The translations under genes were made by a program, and so were the position numbers. A DNA stretch of 64,000 nucleotides from Squalus acanthias (Eukaryota): assembly GCA_030390025.1 (NCBI GenBank), contig CM059431.1:96412001-96476000 (forward strand). Direction: 5' to 3'. This document shows positions 55,001 through 64,000 of this stretch, in pieces. The notes beneath the pieces are model-generated. The model ran no database searches and was not told the origin of the DNA. It worked only from the letters and a program-made list of their open reading frames with translations. Each line of letters starts with the position of its first letter. Position 1 is the first letter of the stretch.

Positions 55001-58000
55001 TATTTTTGAATTCTTCCCATTCCATTTCCATCCAATAGTCAGTTTCCACTTCATCCCACTCCAATTCAATCGAATACTCAGTTTCCAATTCTTTCCATTC
55101 CAATTCAGTCCAATGAACAGTTTCCAATTTTTTCCATTCCAATTCAATCCAATGAACAGTTTACAATCCGTTGAATTCCAATTCAATCCAATTAAAAGTT
55201 TCCAATTCTTTCCATTCCAATTCAAGCAAATGAAAAGTTGCCAATTCGTTCCATTCCAATTTAATCCAATGAACAGTTTCCAATTTGTTCCATTCAAATT
55301 CAAACCAATGAACAGTTTCCAATTCTTCCCATTCCTATTCAATCCAATGAACAGTTTCCAATTCGTTCCATTCCAATTCAATCCAATGAACAGTTTCCAT
55401 TTCGTTCCATTTCAGATCAATCCAATGAACAGTTTCCAATTCGTTCAATTCCAAATCAATCCAATGAACAGTTTCCAATTCGTTCCATTCCAATTCAATC
55501 CAATGAACATTTTCCATTTTGTTCCATTCCAATTCAATCCAATACTCAGATTCCAATTCGTTCCAATCCAATTCAATCCAAATATCTCAGTTTCCAATTT
55601 GTTCCATTCCAATTCAACCCAATACTCCGTTTCAAATTCGTTCCATTCCAATTCAATCCAATGAACAGTTTCCAATTTGTTCCATTCAAATTCAGTCCAA
55701 TGAACAGTTTCCAATTCTTTCCATTCCAAATCAGTCCAATGAACAGTTTCCAATTCGTTCCATTCCAATTCAATCCAATGAACAGTTTACAATCCGTTGA
55801 ATTCCAATTCAATCCAATTAAAAGTTTCCAATTCTTTCCATTCCAATTCAAGCAAATGAAAAGTTGCCAATTCGTTCCATTCCAATTTAATCCAATGAAC
55901 AGTTTCCAATTTGTTCCATTCAAATTCAAACCAATGAACAGTTTCCAATTCGCTCCATTCCTATTCAATCCAATGAACAGTTTCCATTTCATTGCATTCC
56001 ACTTCAATTCTATGAACAGTTTCCAATTCGTTCCATTCCAATTCAATCCAAAGAATGGATTCCAATTCATTCCTTTCCAATTCAAACCAATACTCAGTTT
56101 CCAAATCATTCCAGTCCAATTCAATCCAATGAACAGTTTCCAATTTGTTCCATTACAAATCAATCCAGTGAACAGTTTCCAATTCGTTCCATTCCAATCC
56201 AATCCAATGAACAGATTCCAATTCCTTCCATTCCAATTCAATCCAATGAACAGTTTCCAAATCGTTCCATTCCAATTCAATACAATGAACAGTTTCCATT
56301 TCGTTCCATTCCAAATCAATCCAATGAACAGTTTCCAATTCGTTCCATTCCAATTCAATCCAATACTCAGATTCCAATTCGTTCCATTCCAATTCAATCC
56401 AAATATCTCAGTTTCCAATTCGTTCCATTCCAATTACAACCAATACTCAGTTTACAATTCGTTCCATTCTAATTCAATCCAATACTCAGTTTACAATTCG
56501 TTCCATTCCAATTCAATCCAATATTCAGTTTCCAATTCATTCCATTCAAATTCAGTCCAATGAAGAGTATCGAATTCGTTCCATTCCAATTCAATCAAAT
56601 AAACAGTTTCCAATTCGTTCCATTCCTGTTCAATCCAATGAACAATTTCCAATTCGTTCCATTCCAATTCAATCCAAGGAACAAGTTCCAATTCATTCCA
56701 TTCCATTTCAATCCAATGCTCACTTTCCAATTCGCTCTGTTCCAATTCAATCCAAGGCTCAGTTTCCAAATCGTTCCATTCCAATTCAATCCAATGAACA
56801 ATTTCCAATTCGTTTCTTTCCACCTGAATCCAATACTCAGTTTCCAATTCTTTAAATTCCAATGCAATACAATACTCAGTTTCCACTAAGTTCCAGTCCA
56901 ACTCAATCCAATATTGAGTTTCCAAACCGTTCAGGTCCAATACAATCCCAGTCTCAGTTTCTAATCCGATCCATTGCAATTCAATCCATACTCAGTTTCC
57001 AATTCGTTCCATTCTAATTCAATCCAAGACTCAGTTTCAAAATAGTTCTAGTCCACGTCAATCCAATGCTCAGTTTCCAATTCGCTCCGTTCCAATTCAA
57101 TCCAAGGCTCAGTTTTCAAATCGTTCCATTCCAATTCAATCCAATTAACAATTTCCACTTCGTTTCTTTCCACCTGAATCCAATACTCAGTTTCCAATTC
57201 TTTAAATTCCAATGCAATACAATACTCAGTTTCCACTAAGTTCCAGTCCAACTCAATCCAATATTGAGTTTCCAAACCGTTCAGGTCCACGACAATCCCA
57301 GTCTCAGTTTCTAATTCGATCCATTGCAATTCAATCCATACCTAGTTTCCAATTCGTTCCATTCTAATTCAATCCAAGACTCAGTTTCAAAATAGTTCCA
57401 GTCCACGTCAATCCAATACTCAGTTACTAATTCGTTCCATTCCATTTCAATCCAAAAGTCTGATCCAATTTGTTCCAGTCCAATTCAAGCCAATACTCAG
57501 TTTGAAGTTCGTTCCATTCCAATTCAATCCAAAATTCAGTTTCTAATCCGTTCCAGTCCACTTCAATCCAATACTCAGTTACTAATCCGTTCCATTCCAA
57601 TTCAATCCAATACTCAATTTCCAATTCGTTGCAATCCACTTCAAACCAATACTTATTTTTGAATTCTTCCCATTCCATTTCCATCCAATAGTCAGTTTCC
57701 ACTTCATCCCACTCCAATTCAATCGAATGCTCAGTTTCCAATTTGTTCCATTCCAATTCAACCCAATACTCCGTTTCAAATTCGTTCCATTCCAATTCAA
57801 TTCAATGAACATTTGCCGATTCGTTCCATTAATATTCAATCCAATGAACAGTTTCCGATTCTTTCCATTCCAATTCAGTCCAATGAACAGTTTCCAATTC
57901 GTTCTATTCCAATTCAATCCAATGAAAAGTTTCCAATTTTTTCCATTCCAATTCAATCCAATGAACAGTTTACAATCCGTTCAATTCCAATTCAATCCAA

Positions 58001-61000
58001 TTGAAAGTTTCCAATTCTTTCCATTCCAATTCAAGCAAATGAAAAGTTGCCAATTCGTTCCATTCCAATTTAATCCAATGAACAGTTTCCAATTCGTTCC
58101 ATTCAAATTCAAACCAATGAACAGTTTCCAATTCGTCCCATTCCTATTCAATCCAATGAACAGTTTCCAAATCATTCCATTCCAATTCAATCCAATGAAC
58201 AGTTTCCATTTCGTTCCATTACAAATCAATCCAATGAACAGTTTCCAATTCGTTCAATTCCAAATCAATCCAATGAACAGTTTCCAATTCGTTCCATTCC
58301 AATTCAATCCAATGAACATTTTCCATTTTGTTCCATTCCAATTCAATCCAATACTCAGATTCCAATTCGTTCCATTCCAATTTAATCCAAATATCTCAGT
58401 TTCCAATTTGTTCCATTCCAATTCAACCCAATACTCCGTTTCAAATTCGTTCCATTCCAATTCAATCCAATGAACAGTTTCCAATTTGTTCCATTCAAAT
58501 TCAGTCCAATGAACAGTTTCCAATTCTTTCCATTCCAATTCAATCCAATGAACAGTTTACAATCCGTTCAATTGCAATTCAATCCAATTAAAAGTTTCCA
58601 ATTCTTTCCATTCCAATTCAAGCAAATGAAAAGTTGCCAATTCGTTCCATTCCAATTTAATCCAATGAACAGTTTCCAATTTGTTCCATTCAAATTCAAA
58701 CCAATGAACAGTTTCTAATTTGTTCCATTCCAATTCAATACAATGAACAGTTTCCATTTCGTTCCATTCCAAATCAATCCAATGAACAGTTTCCAATTCG
58801 TTCCATTCCAATTCAATCCAAATATCTCAGTTTCCAATTCGTTCCATTCCAATTCTAACCAATACTCAGTTTACAATTCGTTCCATTCTAATTCAATCCA
58901 ATACTCAGTTTCCAATTCGTTCCATTCCACTCAATCCAATATTCAGTTTCCAATTTGTTCCATTCAAATTCAGTCCAATGAAGAGTATCGAATTCGTTCC
59001 ATTCCAATTCAATCAAATGAACAGTTTCCAATTCGTTCCATTCCTGTTCAATCCAATGAACAATTTCCAATTCGTTCCATTCCAATTCAATCCAATCAAC
59101 AGCTTCCAATTAATTCCATTCCAATTCAATCCAATGAACAAGTTCCAATTCATTCCATTCCATTTCAATCCAATGCTCACTTTCCAATTCGCTCCATTCC
59201 AATTCAATCCAAGGCTCAGTTTCCAAATCGTTCCATTCCAATTCAATCCAATGAACAATTTCCAATTCGTTTCTTTCCACCTGAATCCAATACTCAGTTT
59301 CCAATTCTTTAAATTCCAATGCAATACAATACTCAGTTTCCACTAAGTTCCAGTCCAACTCAATCCAATATTGAGTTTCCAAACCGTTCAGGTCCACTAC
59401 AATCCCAGTCTCAATTTCTAATTCGATCCATTGCAATTCAATCCATACTCAGTTTCCAATTCGTTCCATTCTAATTCAATCCAAGACTCAGTTTCAAAAT
59501 AGTTCCAGTCCACGTCAATCCAATACTCAGTTTCTAATTCGTTCCATTCCATTTCAATCCAAAAGTCTGATCCAATTTGTTCCAGTCCAATTCAAGCCAA
59601 TACTCAGTTTCAAGTTCGTTCCATTCCAATTCAATCCAATACTCAATTTCCAATTCGTTCCAGTCCACTTCAATCCAATACTCAGTTTCTAATCCGTTCC
59701 ATTCCAATTCAATCCAATACTCAATTTCCAATTCGTTGCAATCCACTTCAAACCAATACTTATTTTTGAATTCTTCCCATTCCATTTCCATCCAATAGTC
59801 AGTTTCCACTTCATCCCACTCCAATTCAATCGAATACTCAGTTTCCAATTCTTTCCATTCCAATTCAGTCCAATGAACAGTTTCCAATTCGTTCCATTCC
59901 AATTCAATCCAATGAAAAGTTTCCAATTTTTTCCATTCCAATTCAATCCAATGAACAGTTTACAATCCGTTGAATTCCAATTCAATCCAATTAAAAGTAT
60001 CCAATTCTTTCCATTCCAATTCAAGCAAATGAAAAGTTGCCAATTCGTTCCATTCCAATTTAATCCAATGAACAGTTTCCAATTCGTTCCATTCAAATTC
60101 AAACCAATGAACAGTTTCCAATTCGTCCCATTCCTATTCAATCCAATGAATAGTTTCCAATTCGTTCCATTCCAATTCAATCCAATGAACAGTTTCCATT
60201 TCGTTCCATTACAGATCAATCCAATGAACAGTTTCCAATTCGTTCAATTCCAAATCAATCCAATGAACAGTTTCCAATTCGTTCCATTCCAATTCAATCC
60301 AATGAACATTTTCCATTTTGTTCCATTCCAATTCAATCCAATACTCAGATTCCAATTCGTTCCATTCCAATTTAATCCAAATATCTCAGTTTCCAATTTG
60401 TTCCATTCCAATTCAACCCAATACTCCGTTTCAAATTCGTTCCATTCCAATTCAATCCAATGAACAGTTTCCAATTTGTTCCATTCAAATTCAGTCCAAT
60501 GAACAGTTTCCAATTCTTTCCATTCCAATTCAATCCAATGAACAGTTTACAATCCGTTCAATTCCAATTCAATCCAATTAAAAGTTTCCAATTCTTTCCA
60601 TTCCAATTCAAGCAAATGAAAAGTTGCCAATTCGTTCCATTCCAATTTAATCCAATGAACAGTTTCCAATTTGTTCCATTCAAATTCAAACCAATGCACA
60701 GTTTCCAATTCGTCCCATTCCTATTCAATCCAATGAACAGTTTCCAATTCGTTCCATTCCAATTCAATCCAATGAACAGTTTCCATTTCGTTCCATTTCA
60801 GATCAATCCAATGAACAGTTTCCAATTCGTTCAATTCCAAATCAATCCAATGAACAGTTTCCAATTCGTTCCATTCCAATTCAATCCAATGAACATTTTC
60901 CATTTTGTTCCATTCCAATTCAATCCAATACTCAGATTCCAATTCGTTCCAATCCAATTCAATCCAAATATCTCAGTTTCCAATTTGTTCCATTCCAATT

Positions 61001-64000
61001 CAACCCAATACTCCGTTTCAAATTCGTTCCATTCCAATTCAATCCAATGAACAGTTTCCAATTTGTTCCATTCAAATTCAGTCCAATGAACAGTTTCCAA
61101 TTCTTTCCATTCCAAATCAGTCCAATGAACAGTTTCCAATTCGTTCCATTCCAATTCAATCCAATGAACAGTTTACAATCCGTTGAATTCCAATTCAATC
61201 CAATTAAAAGTTTCCAATTCTTTCCATTCCAATTCAAGCAAATGAAAAGTTGCCAATTTGTTCCATTCCAATTTAATCCAATGAACAGTTTCCAATTTGT
61301 TCCATTCAAATTCAAACCAATGAACAGTTTCCAATTCGCTCCATTCCTATTCAATCCAATGAACAGTTTCCATTTCATTGCATTCCACTTCAATTCTATG
61401 AACAGTTTCCAATTCGTTCCATTCCAATTCAATCCAAAGAACGGATTCCAATTCATTCCTTTCCAATTCAAACCAATACTCAGTTTCCAAATCATTCCAG
61501 TCCAATTCAATCCAATGAACAGTTTCCAATTTGTTCCATTACAAATCAATCCAGTGAACAGTTTCCAATTCGTTCCATTCCAATCCAATCCAATGAACAG
61601 ATTCCAATTCCTTCCATTCCAATTCAATCCAATGAACAGTTTCCAAATCGTTCCATTCCAATTCAATACAATGAACAGTTTCCATTTCGTTCCATTCCAA
61701 ATCAATCCAATGAACAGTTTCCAATTCGTTCCATTCCAATTCAATCCAATACTCAGATTCCAATTCGTTCCATTCCAATTCAATCCAAATATCTCAGTTT
61801 CCAATTTGTTCCATTCCAATTACAACCAATACTCAGTTTACAATTCGTTCCATTCTAATTCAATCCAATACTCAGTTTACAATTCGTTCCATTCCAATTC
61901 AATCCAATATTCAGTTTCCAATTCATTCCATTCAAATTCAGTCCAATGAAGAGTATCGAATTCGTTCCATTCCAATTCAATCAAATAAACAGTTTCCAAT
62001 TCGTTCCATTCCTGTTCAATCCAATGAACAATTTCCAATTCGTTCCATTCCAATTCAATCCAAGGAACAAGTTCCAATTCATTCCATTCCATTTCAATCC
62101 AATGCTCACTTTCCAATTCGCTCTGTTCCAATTCAATCCAAGGCTCAGTTTCCAAATCGTTCCATTCCAATTCAATCCAATGAACAATTTCCAATTCGTT
62201 TCTTTCCACCTGAATCCAATACTCAGTTTCCAATTCTTTAAATTCCAATGCAATACAATATTCAGTTTCCACTAAGTTCCAGTCCAACTCAATCCAATAT
62301 TGAGTTTCCAAACCGTTCAGGTCCAATACAATCCCAGTCTCAGTTTCTAATCCGATCCATTGCAATTCAATCCATACTCAGTTTCCAATTCGTTCCATTC
62401 TAATTCAATCCAAGACTCAGTTTCAAAATAGTTCTAGTCCACGTCAATCCAATACTCAGTTTCTAATTCGTTCCATTCCATTTCAATCCAAAAGTCTGAT
62501 CCAATTTGTTCCAGTCCAATTCAAGCCAATACTCAGTTTGAAGTTCGTTCCATTCCAATTCAATCCAAAATTCAGTTTCTAATCCGTTCCAGTCCACTTC
62601 AATCCAATACTCAGTTTCTAATCCGTTCCATTCCAATTCAATCCAATACTCAGTTTCCAATTCGTTGCAATCCACTTCAAACCAATACTTATTTTTGAAT
62701 TCTTCCCATTCCATTTCCATCCAATAGTCAGTTTCCACTTCATCCCACTCCAATTCAATCGAATACTCAGTTTCCAATTCGTTCCATTCCAATTCAACCC
62801 AATACTCCGTTTCAAATTCGTTCCATTCCAATTCAATCCAATGAACATTTGCCAATTCGTTCCATTAATATTCAATCCAATGAACAGTTTCCAATTCTTT
62901 CCATTCCAATTCAGTCCAATGAACAGTTTCCAATTCGTTCCATTCCAATTCAATCCAATGAACAGTTTACAATCCGTTCAATTCCAATTCAATCCAATTA
63001 AAAGTTTCCAATTCTTTCCATTCCAATTCAAGCAAATGAAAAGTTGCCAATTCGTTCCATTCCAATATAATCCAATGAACAGTTTCCAATTCGTTCCATT
63101 CAAATTCAAACCAATGAACAGTTTCCAATTCGTCCCATTCCTATTCAATCCAATGAACAGTTTCCATTTCGTTGCATTCCACTTCAATTCTATGAACAGT
63201 TTCCAATTCGTTCCATTACAATTCAATCTAAAACTCAAGTTTCCAATTCGTTCCATTCCAATTCAATCCAAAGAACGGATTCCAATTCATTCCATTCCAA
63301 TTCAAACCAATACTCAGTTTCCAAATCGTTCCAGTCCAATTCAATCCAGTGAACAGTTTCCAATTTGTTCCATTACAAATCAATCCAGTGAACAGTTTCC
63401 AATTCGTTCCATTCCAATCCAATCCAATGAACAGTTTCCAATTTGTTCCATTACAAATCAATCCAGTGAACAGTTTCCAATTCGTTCCATTCCAATCCAA
63501 TCCAATGAACAGTTTCCAATTCCTTCCATTCCAATTCAATACAATGAACAGTTTCCAAATAGTTCCATTCCAATTCAATCCAATGAACAGTTTCCATTTC
63601 GTTCCATTACAATTCAATCCAATGAACAGTTTTCAATTCGTTCCATTCCAAATCAATCCAATGAACAGTTTTCAATTCGTTCCATTCCAAATCAATCCAA
63701 TGAACAGTTTCCATTTCGTTCCATTCCAAATCAATCCAATGAACAGTTTCCAATTCCTTCCATTCCAATTCAATACAATGAACAGTTTCCAAATAGTTCC
63801 ATTCCAATTCAATCCAATGAACAGTTTCCATTTCGTTCCATTACAATTCAATCCAATGAACACTTTTCAATTCGTTCCATTCCAAATCAATCCAATGAAC
63901 AGTTTCCATTTCGTTCCATTACAAATCAATCCAATGAACAGTTTCCATTTCGTTCCATTACAAATCAATCCAATGAACAGTTTCCATTTCGTTCCATTCC
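39225..64000 (+). repeat. Duplication with 14,480-14,481 bp period; ~39225-49520 matches ~53706-64000
   Basis: ORF offsets are 14481 (39629/54110, 42567/57048), then 14480 after a 1-bp loss at ~58930 (45054/59534, 47983/62463). Shared private SNPs: ATTCTTCCCA (40841/55322), AAGAATGGAT (41570/56051), CCAATGCACA (46211/60691). The last 20 bases of the window equal 49501-49520. Confidence 0.93.
48840..53705 (+). repeat. Scrambled zone: short 1-6 monomer re-amplifications of GAAC-type monomers around one extra D-type HOR copy
   Basis: Runs of CATTACAAATC, TTTCCATTTCG and TTTTCAATTCG monomers (49130-49730); repeated 78-bp dimers (e.g. 48868-49023, 53162-53317). Landmark spacings of 3628 and 3163 bp are not seen elsewhere in the window. 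Confidence 0.8.

Larger units (their letters stand above)
1..64000 (+). repeat. Tandem satellite DNA array, 39-bp monomer (about 1,640 copies), head-to-tail, single orientation, extending past both window edges
   Basis: The consensus AATGAACAGTTTCCAATTCGTTCCATTCCAATTCAATCC (e.g. 11-49) or a close variant tiles the window. All ORF translations show a 13-aa period. Copy number is 64000/39. Consensus composition is A12 T13 C11 G3. Confidence 0.99.

Noticed and set aside
1..64000. CRISPR array (repeat length in the 30-40 bp range)
   Set aside because: Monomers are directly adjacent with no unique spacers, no leader and no cas genes.
1..64000. Identification as human HSat2/HSat3 or alpha satellite
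   Set aside because: Only the pentamer flavour is shared. A strict 39-bp period with AATGAACAGTTTCC does not match those families as I know them; I saw no 171-bp unit and no CENP-B box.
1..64000. Dense CCAAT boxes and GAA/TTC heat-shock-like elements as regulatory sites
   Set aside because: These are by-products of the monomer sequence. The GAA and TTC in TGAACAGTTTCC are 4 nt apart rather than the canonical 2, and there is no gene nearby.
1..64000. Telomeric repeat array
   Set aside because: No TTAGGG, TTTAGGG or TTAGG-type units are seen, and the hierarchical divergence fits recombinational amplification. A subtelomeric location cannot be excluded.

Overview
The whole 64-kb window is one uninterrupted, single-orientation tandem satellite array. 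I found no genes, RNA genes, transposons or unique sequence. The monomer is 39 bp (consensus AATGAACAGTTTCCAATTCGTTCCATTCCAATTCAATCC; a second subfamily starts AATACTCAG) and looks like eight degenerate ATTCC/AATTC/AATCC pentamers minus one base. Diverged monomers recur in a fixed order as a ~2-kb higher-order repeat (HOR; e.g. 1,991 bp = 51 monomers). Its landmark block occurs 31 times in four SNP-defined subtypes, in the order ABCD ABCD ABCD CD CD CD ABCD ABD D CD ABD. On top of this lie nested recent duplications with periods of 9,871-9,872, 6,751-6,752, 3,630 (four copies) and 14,480-14,481 bp, plus in-register deletions, length-conserving replacement tracts and one scrambled zone near 48.8-53.7 kb. 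This architecture is typical of eukaryotic centromeric or pericentromeric heterochromatin (inference); neither the species nor centromere function can be determined from sequence. All listed ORFs are explained by the 39-bp (13-codon) period. I found no evidence of a novel gene-encoded system. All comparisons were made by eye and from ORF-track offsets, not by computed alignment.
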